Part shown: positions 28,467-38,037 of the stretch, in pieces
How positions within the stretch are numbered: the first letter of the stretch is position 1
Layout: the number at the start of each line of letters is the position of its first letter
Virus record (IMG/VR): IMGVR_UViG_3300030419_004471
Location: 124,001-188,000 of that record
Length of the DNA stretch: 64,000 nt
Strand: one strand, 5' to 3'
Program-made: the position numbers and the translations under genes
Notes under the pieces: generated by a model
Databases searched by the model: none
What the model was told of the DNA's origin: nothing
The model's input: only the letters and a program-made list of their open reading frames with translations

Positions 28467-28666
28467 AAACTTCCAGTCCAAAACTCATTTAAATGTTGCC
28501 AAGTCTTGTTGGTTATGATTTTGTTTATGTTAGCTGGTGAGACTTTATTGTTACGAGCTATGATGGTTATATTTCTATGACCCATTCTCCATAACTTTCT
28601 TATTTGTATAACCTGTTCATCCGTCAGTTTTGCTGATGGATGTGATTGGCCTCTTCTTATTGGCAT
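28463..28666 (-). CDS. small HTH protein (homing-endonuclease C-terminal-like)
   Basis: GQSHPSAKLTDEQVIQIR...IA...VS...I..I...TW. Confidence 0.7.
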   Translation of the reverse strand: MPIRRGQSHPSAKLTDEQVIQIRKLWRMGHRNITIIARNNKVSPANINKIITNKTWQHLNEFWTGSL

Positions 28667-28930
28667 TTATAAATTTTCATTAATACTATTTGTGTACGCT
28701 AGCTCTGATTGCACTCCTACAAATCTATTTATTTCAACTCCATCCTTCTCTATTACTACTGTAGGAACTGACCTAACGTGGTATTTTTGAGCTTCTTCAA
28801 ATTGTTCGTCTATATTAATATACGAAAAATTTACCGAATTTCCAAATTTTTGATTAACTTTTTCTAAAATCGGTTTTAGAGCTTTGCAAGGTCCACACCA
28901 AGGGGCTTCGAATTTTTTAACTTCTATCAT
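28667..28930 (-). CDS. trxA: thioredoxin
   Basis: WCGPC; VRSVPT. Confidence 0.92.
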   Translation of the reverse strand: MIEVKKFEAPWCGPCKALKPILEKVNQKFGNSVNFSYINIDEQFEEAQKYHVRSVPTVVIEKDGVEINRFVGVQSELAYTNSINENL

Positions 28931-28949
28931 TTTTTTCTCCTATTTAAAT

Positions 28950-30734
28950 TTAACCATCACACGCAACACAATCAGGGTCAACTGCTCTATCTGCAATATC
29001 ACCTCTGAGTACACTTTCCGTTCTCATATAATACAAAGTTTTTATACCTTGTTTCCACGCTTCCATTGTAACTTGATTAATCCACTTCGGTGTTGCAATC
29101 GAAGGGAACGCCAAATTTAATGATACGGATTGGTCAATATACTGCTGTCTAACACCAGCTTGCTTAACCAAATCCATTTGATTAATTTCTTTGAATGTTT
29201 TAAATACTTCTTTTACTGGATAAACCTTATCCCTATCTCCATTTTTAATATCTTTACATAATGTAAGTTTTCCATCTAAATAACACCATTTATCCAATTC
29301 TTTTAATGATTGAACAGAACCACCGTCATCCAATATTTTATCCCAAGTTTCCTTTTTATTTATACCAGCTTTTCTTAGTGCTTTTTCTAGCTCCCCATTC
29401 TTTCTAATAAATGTACCTTTAGAAGTTTGCTCAGTAAATACATTAGCTGCCCAAGGCTCAATACCTGGTGATACATTACCACTAAGTTTTGAATTACTAA
29501 CAGTTGGTGCAACTGCTCTTAAATGTGTATTTCTAAATCCACTTTCTCTACACCATAATGGTTCACCATATTCTTCTGCTAATTGTCTACTAGCTCTTTC
29601 TGATTCAATTTTTAATTGTGAAAATATTTTACGAGTTTCAAACTGAGCTTCCATACCTTCAAATGGAATACCTCTTTGTTGTAAGTAAGTGTGCCATCCT
29701 AAAACTCCTAATCCTAATGCTCTACCTTTTTCAGCAGATGCTACTGAATTTTCAAATCCTCTCATATTTTTAGCTTTCTGAATAAATTCTGAAAGTACTC
29801 CATCTAAAAATATAGTTGCAGTATGAACTAAATCAGTATCTCTCCACTCATCATACTTTGCTAAGTTAAGTGAAGATAAACAACATACAAATGAATGATT
29901 CTCATCAGTATGTAAAGTGATTTCTGAACAGATATTAGTCATAAATACTTTTAATCCATTCTTTTTGTACATATCAGGATTACCTTTGTTTACATTACCT
30001 TTAAACATAATGTAAGGTTCACCTGTTGCTTTTCTTTTTTGTAATAATTTACCCCATTTTCTTCTTGCATCTTCATTACCATCTTGAAGTTTTCTCATAA
30101 ATTTATCACCAACGATTGCACATTGATGTAAATTAAGTGATTGTCTGTTTACATCACCTTTAGGTTCTCTTATCTCTAACCAATCTTCAAAATCATCGTG
30201 TTCAATGTTTAAGTTAACTGAAGCAGCTCCTCTTCTTACTGAACCTTGATTCGTAGCAAGAATTGTAGAATCATATATTTTTGCGAAAGGTACAACACCA
30301 TCTGATGTACCATTCATAGTAATTATAGAACCTGCTGGTCTAATTTGGTTAATACATATACCAACACCACCACCATGCTTTGCTAATAGCATTAATTCTA
30401 AATTCTTTTTTCCAATCTCATAGATACTATCACCCACATCTATACCAAAGCAACTTATTGGTAATCCTCTATCTGTTCCAGTATTTGAAAGAACTGGTGT
30501 TGCTAAATTTAACCAACCTTTCCAGATGTAATCAAAGAACTTTGTTGCCATCTGAGGTTTGTTTAATCTTTGTGCAATACGAGTAGCTACTCTCCAATAT
30601 GCATCTTTGGGTTTTTCACCAGGTAAAAGATACCCTTTTGAAATTGTTTTAACATATATTTCTGTATTTGCCCAAGATGGAAAATCTACATCAATTTCCC
30701 ATTCAAACTCTTCACCATAATTTTTTGCTGCCAT
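28950..30734 (-). CDS. nrdA: class Ia ribonucleotide reductase alpha subunit (no ATP cone)
   Basis: ISCF, TNICSE, APT, TLYY, C-terminal CVAC. Confidence 0.95.
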   Translation of the reverse strand: MAAKNYGEEFEWEIDVDFPSWANTEIYVKTISKGYLLPGEKPKDAYWRVATRIAQRLNKPQMATKFFDYIWKGWLNLATPVLSNTGTDRGLPISCFGIDVGDSIYEIGKKNLELMLLAKHGGGVGICINQIRPAGSIITMNGTSDGVVPFAKIYDSTILATNQGSVRRGAASVNLNIEHDDFEDWLEIREPKGDVNRQSLNLHQCAIVGDKFMRKLQDGNEDARRKWGKLLQKRKATGEPYIMFKGNVNKGNPDMYKKNGLKVFMTNICSEITLHTDENHSFVCCLSSLNLAKYDEWRDTDLVHTATIFLDGVLSEFIQKAKNMRGFENSVASAEKGRALGLGVLGWHTYLQQRGIPFEGMEAQFETRKIFSQLKIESERASRQLAEEYGEPLWCRESGFRNTHLRAVAPTVSNSKLSGNVSPGIEPWAANVFTEQTSKGTFIRKNGELEKALRKAGINKKETWDKILDDGGSVQSLKELDKWCYLDGKLTLCKDIKNGDRDKVYPVKEVFKTFKEINQMDLVKQAGVRQQYIDQSVSLNLAFPSIATPKWINQVTMEAWKQGIKTLYYMRTESVLRGDIADRAVDPDCVACDG

Positions 30735-30735
30735 T

Positions 30736-31155
30736 TTATAATAATTTTATTTGTGATGAATCACCATAATTTCCAAATAATTCATCGTCTTTTTTAATAT
30801 CTCTTAATGCTATTCCTGTATTGCTATCTATATTACCTTTTTCATACATAGTGTTTATCATAGCCAATGGTTCTGAAAATAAAAAATTAGTATCCTTTAT
30901 CAATCTAAAACTGATATATGAATAATCATCATTTATTCTACTCCCATATGAACGTAACAAATATGCTAAAACTTCTTTAGGTAACTCCTTAGCTTCTTTA
31001 AATCTTATTCTATACCATTTAGTTTTTCCTTCCCAATTTGGAAAAACCTGCTCTCCTTTCTTAATATCTACCAAAGCAAACAAACCAACACCGTGCACTT
31101 TGCTTGGTCTTTGATATGATTTTACACTCGTATTAAGATAATCAAATGGTTTCAT
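30736..31155 (-). CDS. SET-domain protein (lysine methyltransferase-like)
   Basis: SKVHGVGLFALVDIKKGE; ALRDIKKDDELFGNYG; NH motif appears as MINT. Confidence 0.78.
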   Translation of the reverse strand: MKPFDYLNTSVKSYQRPSKVHGVGLFALVDIKKGEQVFPNWEGKTKWYRIRFKEAKELPKEVLAYLLRSYGSRINDDYSYISFRLIKDTNFLFSEPLAMINTMYEKGNIDSNTGIALRDIKKDDELFGNYGDSSQIKLL

Positions 31156-31732
31156 ACTTTTTTCTTTTTTGAAAATCCCCATCGATAAAATAAGTCCAGT
31201 TACAATTGTGTCCATCTTCAATTATTTTAGGATAATTCTCCCTGTGTGGAGAATTAATCTTAAACCAGTGAGAATGTAAATCTTTTGTATCTCTTATAGA
31301 AAAATAACTAAAAATTGATAAAACACAATTTTCATTTGCAACCATCTTTGCATAATCCTCAAACTTATTATAGTTTGAATCATCATAAGTATCCATAAAG
31401 ATACCATCAAATTTGATATCCAGCTCTGGTATTACATCTATCCAATCTCCAAAATGTATATGAACATTCTCTTTACCCTCAGCCCACTCTAGAGCTTTTG
31501 AATAAATTTGTGGATTTGATTCGATACAATGATAGTTGCCAACTCTTTTATAAATGGCATCTGCACTATATCCAAGTCCAAATCCTACATCTAATACTTT
31601 ACCACCATTTTGTGTAACTATATTAGAATAAAATTCCATCAATTCTTTAGATACAATATCCATAACAATTGATGAATGGTCATCAGAATAATATATTCTG
31701 CTATCTGTTATTGTAACCTTTTTATTTTTCAA
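31142..31732 (-). CDS. class I SAM methyltransferase, GAMT/Rmt2-like
   Basis: VM, GGKVLDVGFGLG, IESNP, GDWIDV, FDGIFMDTY; TTG start. Confidence 0.8.
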   Translation of the reverse strand: MKNKKVTITDSRIYYSDDHSSIVMDIVSKELMEFYSNIVTQNGGKVLDVGFGLGYSADAIYKRVGNYHCIESNPQIYSKALEWAEGKENVHIHFGDWIDVIPELDIKFDGIFMDTYDDSNYNKFEDYAKMVANENCVLSIFSYFSIRDTKDLHSHWFKINSPHRENYPKIIEDGHNCNWTYFIDGDFQKRKKYETI

Positions 31733-31737
31733 TTTTT

Positions 31738-32733
31738 TTAAAATAAATCATCCCAATCTTCTCCCTCATTAGCTTTACTATAATCAGTAGGTCTAATAGC
31801 GAAAAAATCGGTATGAGTGTGTCCACCTGTCAAATGATAAAACCAATCTAAATTATCAGCTTTCTTCTTATCGAATTCAAAGATACCTTTGTATCCTAGT
31901 TCTTCTAATTTAGTATTGGTTCGTTGTTTAATAAACTCTTTTAAATCATCTGCTTTTAAATTTTCCAAATCACCCATCTCAAACATTTTATCAATAAATT
32001 TAAGTTCGAGTTCAACGATTAATTTAGCGGCTTCAGTAATACTCTTTTTACATTGTTTTAATAAGTCTGGATATTCATCACACATATGTCTGAATAATAC
32101 ACATCCCATTTTAGAATGTAAAGATTCATCTCGTACTGACCATTTCATTTGCTGACCAATACCTTTGAGTTTATTTCTCATTTGAAATGAATATAGAACA
32201 GCGAATGAAGAATACAAAGAAACTCCTTCAGCAAATGCAGAAAAGATAGCTAAACTTCTACCTACTTCTTGTCTTGCTTTTTCATTTTTTTGTAAATCTT
32301 CATGTGTCCAATCTGCAGAGGTTTCTGTGAGTAATTCAAATTTTTCCGCTACTGCTGGTTCGTGTAGAAAAGCTTCGAAGTTTTCCAATCCTAATGTTTC
32401 ATTTAGATATGAATATGCAGTTGCATGAATGGTTTCTTGTGAACCAAACATCATTGCCATTTGTCTTATCTCATGCTTAGGAAACCATTTAGTAACCATA
32501 TTAGTCCAATAATCTGAAACTGCACATTCTGTTTGTGCAAATCCCAATAGAATATTACCAACTAAGTTTTTTTCTTCCTTAGTTAAGGTTTCATTCCAAT
32601 CCTTGACATCCATTTGCATGGGTATCTCGGTGTGAAGCCAAAATGCTTGTGCTTGTTTTAACCAGCCTTCATTATAATATATTGGATATTCGAATGGTTT
32701 GAACGGAATTCGTTCTTTGAATAGTTTACTCAT
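31738..32733 (-). CDS. nrdB: class Ia ribonucleotide reductase beta subunit
   Basis: ETIHATAY, AEGVSLYSSF, RDESLH, DFF...DY. Confidence 0.95.
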   Translation of the reverse strand: MSKLFKERIPFKPFEYPIYYNEGWLKQAQAFWLHTEIPMQMDVKDWNETLTKEEKNLVGNILLGFAQTECAVSDYWTNMVTKWFPKHEIRQMAMMFGSQETIHATAYSYLNETLGLENFEAFLHEPAVAEKFELLTETSADWTHEDLQKNEKARQEVGRSLAIFSAFAEGVSLYSSFAVLYSFQMRNKLKGIGQQMKWSVRDESLHSKMGCVLFRHMCDEYPDLLKQCKKSITEAAKLIVELELKFIDKMFEMGDLENLKADDLKEFIKQRTNTKLEELGYKGIFEFDKKKADNLDWFYHLTGGHTHTDFFAIRPTDYSKANEGEDWDDLF

Positions 32734-32746
32734 TTTTTTATAACCT

Positions 32747-32917
32747 TTATTTGTTTTCCTCTACAGACGCTTTTCTATAATCTGTAACTAATTTTTTAAT
32801 TTCACCAATAGCTTTTCTTGCTCTTGATTTAGCTGCTTTTGATGTTCCATTGTGTTCTAATTCGAATTGTGTGTACAATTCTTTAATTTGTTCGAAAAGT
32901 TCCTGTGATTTTGCCAT
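32747..32917 (-). CDS. Hc1-type histone H1-like protein (56 aa, not in ORF track)
   Basis: MAKSQELFEQIKELYTQFELEHNGTSKAAKSRARKAIGEIKKLVTDYRKASVEENK; KAA.xRARK...L.....RK signature; AGGAG RBS. Confidence 0.8.
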   Translation of the reverse strand: MAKSQELFEQIKELYTQFELEHNGTSKAAKSRARKAIGEIKKLVTDYRKASVEENK

Positions 32918-33011
32918 AATTTATTTCTCCTTTTAATTTAAGTTCGGTGAATATAACTATTGTATATATTTAAAAAAATTCACCAATGTTATTTATTTTT
33001 GTAACTTTTTT

Positions 33012-34373
33012 CTAAAAGTTCATACTCTCCACATATTTCTTATGTAATAATTGCTTCCTTTCTATGTTTCCACTAGCGGATTCTTTAGTAGAAAGTATCC
33101 CTTCGGCTGAAGTTCCTTCGTAAACTTCTATGAATCCTGTATTAGTATCCATCTTACAAGGGAATGTTATTCCATCAGGTCCGAATCTGTTTTTCATAAT
33201 GTGAGCTCTTGCAGTATTATTCAATTTATCTTTTGATTTTCTACTCCAACTCATAATGAAATCAGCATTCATAACTTTTGCATAAGAGTCTGAAATTTTA
33301 TCTGCTTCTATAACTTCTGAATCAATTGCTGAACGATTAGTTTGAGATGCTGTCCATATTGGAATACCATATTCACCACTTAATCCTCTTAAGTCAATAT
33401 AAACACCACCTTGCTCAGCGTATGTTGAATCAGTTTTATTTGAATGTGATAGTAACAAATCTGCATAATCGATTAAGATTAAATCAGGTTTATTATCTGT
33501 TGCTATCATTTTATCTATGTGTTGTGCAATCTTCTTTGAAGATACACCTTTAGGTGGGAAATATTTAATTAATAATCTTCCCTGCAATCCTTTAATTTTT
33601 TCTTTTACTTTTTCTTTATTTTCTTTAATATCAGCTGATGGTATTTTAGAAAATACAGTATCATATCTTTGTCCTACATAATGTTCTGATAATTCTAATG
33701 AATAATGAACTACACTTAATCCTTGTTTTACTGCTGATGCTCCTAATGTAGTTAGTATCCAAGTTTTACCAACACCAGATGGTGCAACTACAACTCCCAA
33801 TTCACCTGGTCCTAATCCACCATCCATTAAATCATTCACTGGTTTCCAATCGGTTGGTACGGTATCTCTTTTTACATCATCTATACGAGAATCAAAATCA
33901 TCTTTATAGTCATGTCCTAAATCAGTCTCAATACCTACTTTCATAGCTTTATCAACCAAATCTTTTATCCTATTGTAATTACCAGCTTTTAATAAATCAA
34001 CTGATGTTAATATTACCTGTTTAAGATTTTGATTTCTACAAAACGAAGTAAACTCTTTTTTAATATAATCTAAATCTACATTACCAACTTGAGTATAAAC
34101 ATGTCTAAGTTGTTCTTTAACTGTAGTTTTTAAAATTTCATTATCTAATTTAGAAACTTTTACTTTGAAAACATCCATAGTAGGAGGTTTTCTAAACTCT
34201 TCATTATAATCTATGATTTCACCAATAATCCATTTATTAGCTTCTGATTCAAAAAACTTTGGTGATACTACTTCTGAAAGTTTATCTAAGAATTTACCAT
34301 CTGTAAGTAATGCTGAAACTACTTTAGATTGGAATGAATTTCCATATTTTGATAAATTATCTATCTCTTGCAT
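33012..34373 (-). CDS. 41: replicative helicase (T4 gp41/DnaB-like)
   Basis: APSGVGKT, SLE, IDYAD, SQTNR, KNRFG. Confidence 0.92.
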   Translation of the reverse strand: MQEIDNLSKYGNSFQSKVVSALLTDGKFLDKLSEVVSPKFFESEANKWIIGEIIDYNEEFRKPPTMDVFKVKVSKLDNEILKTTVKEQLRHVYTQVGNVDLDYIKKEFTSFCRNQNLKQVILTSVDLLKAGNYNRIKDLVDKAMKVGIETDLGHDYKDDFDSRIDDVKRDTVPTDWKPVNDLMDGGLGPGELGVVVAPSGVGKTWILTTLGASAVKQGLSVVHYSLELSEHYVGQRYDTVFSKIPSADIKENKEKVKEKIKGLQGRLLIKYFPPKGVSSKKIAQHIDKMIATDNKPDLILIDYADLLLSHSNKTDSTYAEQGGVYIDLRGLSGEYGIPIWTASQTNRSAIDSEVIEADKISDSYAKVMNADFIMSWSRKSKDKLNNTARAHIMKNRFGPDGITFPCKMDTNTGFIEVYEGTSAEGILSTKESASGNIERKQLLHKKYVESMNF

Positions 34374-34822
34374 TAAACTTTTAGTTTAAGTTTTGTTATT
34401 TGTTTCTTCTCTGTTCCGTATTTTTCGCAGATATATTTAATGTGTTCTCTGCCTTCTCTAGTAGAATAAAGTATTTCTAAATATTCATTTGCTTCTTTTT
34501 TTGAACATTCATAATCTACACAAACCAAATCTACTAACCAATCCTCATACTTTTGTGATTTTTTCCCCTTTACATATCTAAGATAATGCCTCCCCTTTGG
34601 TATGATACCAATGTATGCTAAATATAATGCTTTCGGAGGAAGAGCTTGTGTATATGGTTGTAGTTCCGCTATTAAATCAATCCAATCTGGATTCATTGAA
34701 AGAAACCTATGAATCATATAATTTGACCAACTCTTCAAATCTTCGTCCTCTAACTTATCGAAATATTTAGGGTCTTGATATTGTGTTATCGCTTTTATGT
34801 GGTCAAATAATCCTTTAGCCAT
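34373..34822 (-). CDS. 62: clamp-loader small subunit (gp62-like)
   Basis: YMIHRFLSM, SKKEANEYL; adjacent to gp44. Confidence 0.7.
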   Translation of the reverse strand: MAKGLFDHIKAITQYQDPKYFDKLEDEDLKSWSNYMIHRFLSMNPDWIDLIAELQPYTQALPPKALYLAYIGIIPKGRHYLRYVKGKKSQKYEDWLVDLVCVDYECSKKEANEYLEILYSTREGREHIKYICEKYGTEKKQITKLKLKV

Positions 34823-35105
34823 TCTTCTTAGTGTCTATTTTTTTATCCAAGTGTTTAATCTCTTCAGGTAATAATTGCTCATTTAAAGCCCCACATTCAC
34901 CACAAAGATAAACGTCAATTGGTATCATCACATCTTGCGCTGTACCAGTAATTAAACGAGATATTGTTCTAAGCTTTACACCTGGTAAAAATACATCATA
35001 ACCACATTCAGTACATACCATTGGTTTTGATGTTTTTAAATCTATTTTAGGTTGTTGTTGAGGTGTGTTTCCTGCTCCTCCTGCAGTTCCTATAATTTTT
35101 GCCAT
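34815..35105 (-). CDS. zinc-ribbon protein
   Basis: CTEC...CGEC. Confidence 0.65.
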   Translation of the reverse strand: MAKIIGTAGGAGNTPQQQPKIDLKTSKPMVCTECGYDVFLPGVKLRTISRLITGTAQDVMIPIDVYLCGECGALNEQLLPEEIKHLDKKIDTKKNG

Positions 35106-35106
35106 A

Positions 35107-36057
35107 TTATTTGTTTATCGTTGATAAAATGTTTAGTATCGTAGCCATAAAGGGTATTTCCTTATCGACTGCTAAAGCATCTCTATGTTGACCTTCTGCT
35201 AATACCAAAATTACTCCACTAACCTTACCTGAAGCATATTCATCTACCTTTTCATAGAGTACTGAATACATTTCTGTAAAATCTTGCATTTTAGAATCCG
35301 CAACCATCTGCCTTATTTTCATATATTTATTCCTACTATCATCTGATGATTTAAGAATATCTAATATTTTAGTTTTGAAATCAGAATCCATCAAATCATT
35401 TTTAGAAAGTTTTAACTCACCCTTAACAGAATTAAGTTGACAAGTATTTATTACTTTTCTTATATCAGGATATGATGAATCTATGATAGGAACTAAATCC
35501 TTTACATCATATTTTATTTCTTCGGAACTAAGTATCTTATCTAATTGTACTGCAACTTCTTTTTTAGAAGGTGGTACAATTTGGAATGTTTGACATCTAC
35601 TTTGAATTGGGTCAATTATCTTCTCAACATAATTACAGGTCAAAATAAACCTACAATGTTTTGAAAATGTTTCCATAAGATTTCTTAATATAGCTTGTGC
35701 ATTTGGAGTCATATAATCAAACTCATCCAATATAACAATCTTATATTTCTTAAATCCTTGTGATGATGCAAAGTTCTTAACTTTATTTCTAACTGTATCT
35801 ACATTGTTTTCATCAGATGCATTTATAATCATATAATCACATTCAATTGATTTAACAATGAGTTTAGCCAAAGTTGTTTTACCAGTACCAGCTTTACCAA
35901 AAAGTAAAAGGTGTGGAACATCTGATGTTTCCAAATATCCTGCAACCTTTTCCTTTAGATGTTCATTACCAACATAATCATCTAATTTTACGGGTCTATA
36001 TTTCTCTACCCATAATGAATTATCTATTGTTTCTTCTGTTTGTTCGAAAAATCCCAT
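35107..36057 (-). CDS. 44: clamp-loader AAA+ subunit (gp44/RFC)
   Basis: WVEKYRP, GKAGTGKT, NASD, LDEFD, SRC. Confidence 0.95.
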   Translation of the reverse strand: MGFFEQTEETIDNSLWVEKYRPVKLDDYVGNEHLKEKVAGYLETSDVPHLLLFGKAGTGKTTLAKLIVKSIECDYMIINASDENNVDTVRNKVKNFASSQGFKKYKIVILDEFDYMTPNAQAILRNLMETFSKHCRFILTCNYVEKIIDPIQSRCQTFQIVPPSKKEVAVQLDKILSSEEIKYDVKDLVPIIDSSYPDIRKVINTCQLNSVKGELKLSKNDLMDSDFKTKILDILKSSDDSRNKYMKIRQMVADSKMQDFTEMYSVLYEKVDEYASGKVSGVILVLAEGQHRDALAVDKEIPFMATILNILSTINK

Positions 36058-36058
36058 A

Positions 36059-37279
36059 TTATCTTCCTACTTCTTTTAAATAATTGTTTTTCATTGTTTC
36101 CCAATCCATACCAATAGCATCTATATAAAATAAATGTTCTGGTTTCAATCGATTAGAATCATATAACTTTGTATATCTTTTTATGGCTTGTCTTTTCCAC
36201 CACTTATTAATGTAATCAACTCCCTCTTCAAACTTCTTTTTCATCTTTAAATCTTTTTCTTCAATTTCTGAACGAAGAAATTCTGGTCCGTTTTCATACA
36301 TCATAGCAAGATACACTCCTCTTTTGAATCCGTGATGGTAATCAGCTGCTCTGATACCACATTCTTTAAAGATTCTTCCTAAAATCTTTTGTTTAATACC
36401 ACTAACAGGTCCTTGTCGTTGAGATTCAGCTCCATACATATTAGCTCCGTTTCTTTTTCTTTCTTCTGTAATATGTTCTTTATACCAATCCTCTCTGTTT
36501 TCTTTTAACCATTGGTGCCACGGGTCATAAAATTTATCATCAGGTTTAATTGCTATCTTACCAGCAGATTCCCCTAATGTTTTAAAATGTGGAATACCAT
36601 TATATTGAGAATGAATACCATATAAAGAAGTTGTACCAACACCAATTAGAGTTTGTCCATATTTCTTTTTCCAAAAATCTCTAATTTCAGGTACAGTAGT
36701 CATCATCGCTGTAAGTTTACCACCTAAGAAATTATATCCTAATGGTTGTGTACATACTATCGTAGAAGCGATTGTTGTATAATTTAACTTACCCTTTTTA
36801 AACTTATCTTCTTTATTCCATCCTATGTATTTATCTCTAACACCCATCGATGTAACATCAGATGCTAAAGATATCATACCCAGCAATTTACCACTTTTCT
36901 TATCCTTAACAAAAACTTTAACATTTCTACCAGGGTTAGCTGTCCAACTCATTGTATGAATCATCTTTCTAAGATGTGTCCATTTTGTAGCTTCTTTAGT
37001 ATCTTCTACAATTTCAACGTATGGTTCTAACTCTTCAATTTCTTTTATTGTAAGTTCTTTATCATTAATATCTGTAGGTCTCCATTGCCAATCATAATAA
37101 GATGCTATAGCAGATTTATCTCTAATCATAGAATCTCCTTGCAACTCTACCCACTTTTTATATAAAGTTTGTTCCTCTACAGACATCTGCATAAGATAGT
37201 CCATATTCTCAATGAGCTTTTTCTTCTCATCTTCGAATACAAATTGAGGTTTAGCTGGTTCGGTATCCCAAAAACTCAT
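36059..37279 (-). CDS. DUF4338/Druantia DruA-like protein
   Basis: PGR, RD.YIGW, QPLGYNFLGGKL, TTSLYG..SQYN, G.KRGVY. Confidence 0.72.
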   Translation of the reverse strand: MSFWDTEPAKPQFVFEDEKKKLIENMDYLMQMSVEEQTLYKKWVELQGDSMIRDKSAIASYYDWQWRPTDINDKELTIKEIEELEPYVEIVEDTKEATKWTHLRKMIHTMSWTANPGRNVKVFVKDKKSGKLLGMISLASDVTSMGVRDKYIGWNKEDKFKKGKLNYTTIASTIVCTQPLGYNFLGGKLTAMMTTVPEIRDFWKKKYGQTLIGVGTTSLYGIHSQYNGIPHFKTLGESAGKIAIKPDDKFYDPWHQWLKENREDWYKEHITEERKRNGANMYGAESQRQGPVSGIKQKILGRIFKECGIRAADYHHGFKRGVYLAMMYENGPEFLRSEIEEKDLKMKKKFEEGVDYINKWWKRQAIKRYTKLYDSNRLKPEHLFYIDAIGMDWETMKNNYLKEVGR

Positions 37280-37974
37280 TACTTAATCTCTACTAAATAA
37301 TAATTTGATGTATAATCTCCGTCCTCAAATGAAAGATGTGCTAATCCTTTAGATGAAATTTTTAATGAAGATGATTTTGAACCTTTGTTAGCTATAAGAA
37401 TAGCTTTTAGATATTTAGCTGAAAATGCTATAGGTTTTATATCATTATCACATTTACAATTAACATCAATACTAATTCTATTTGAATTAATTGATGAATA
37501 ACCTAAAATGATTTCACCTTTGTTTTTTGTACAAGTAAAAGTAAATGTATCTGCATCTGCTAATGCTCCTTTTGATTTGATAAATTTATTTACAAACTCA
37601 TCATCTAATGTTACCTCAGAATCAAATTCAGGTAATGCCTTTAAATCAGGTACAGCAGGTATAACAGATGGAGCAGCTAGCATATATTGTACTTTCGTAC
37701 CCTTATCACTAAATTTAAGAGCTCCTGTTACCTCTTCTACTTTTATTGATGAATCTAATACACTTAACAATCCTCTCAATTGAGAAGTTGTATAAATACC
37801 AAATTCACCACTAGGAAACTCACTATCTTTCACAGATACGTTTCCTAATAATGTCTTATCATCAGAAATCATTCTGACTGACATTGAATCATCAGTAGAG
37901 TTCATCATTACTGATTCAACCTCGCCACCGAGATTATATCGATTTATGAACCCATCTAATTTTAATTTTTCCAT
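37279..37974 (-). CDS. 45: DNA sliding clamp (gp45-like)
   Basis: EFGIY motif, PCNA-like two-domain pattern, replisome context. Confidence 0.75.
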   Translation of the reverse strand: MEKLKLDGFINRYNLGGEVESVMMNSTDDSMSVRMISDDKTLLGNVSVKDSEFPSGEFGIYTTSQLRGLLSVLDSSIKVEEVTGALKFSDKGTKVQYMLAAPSVIPAVPDLKALPEFDSEVTLDDEFVNKFIKSKGALADADTFTFTCTKNKGEIILGYSSINSNRISIDVNCKCDNDIKPIAFSAKYLKAILIANKGSKSSSLKISSKGLAHLSFEDGDYTSNYYLVEIK

Positions 37975-38005
37975 AATTATCCTTTTATTAATTTATTTAT
38001 TGTTA

Positions 38006-38037
38006 CAAATATACGAAAAATTCCTGAGAAATCCAAA
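38006..38037 (-). promoter_or_regulatory. Bacteroidota-type early promoter
   Basis: TTTGGA...CGTATATTTG (-33 TTTG, -7 TAnnTTTG). Confidence 0.75.
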
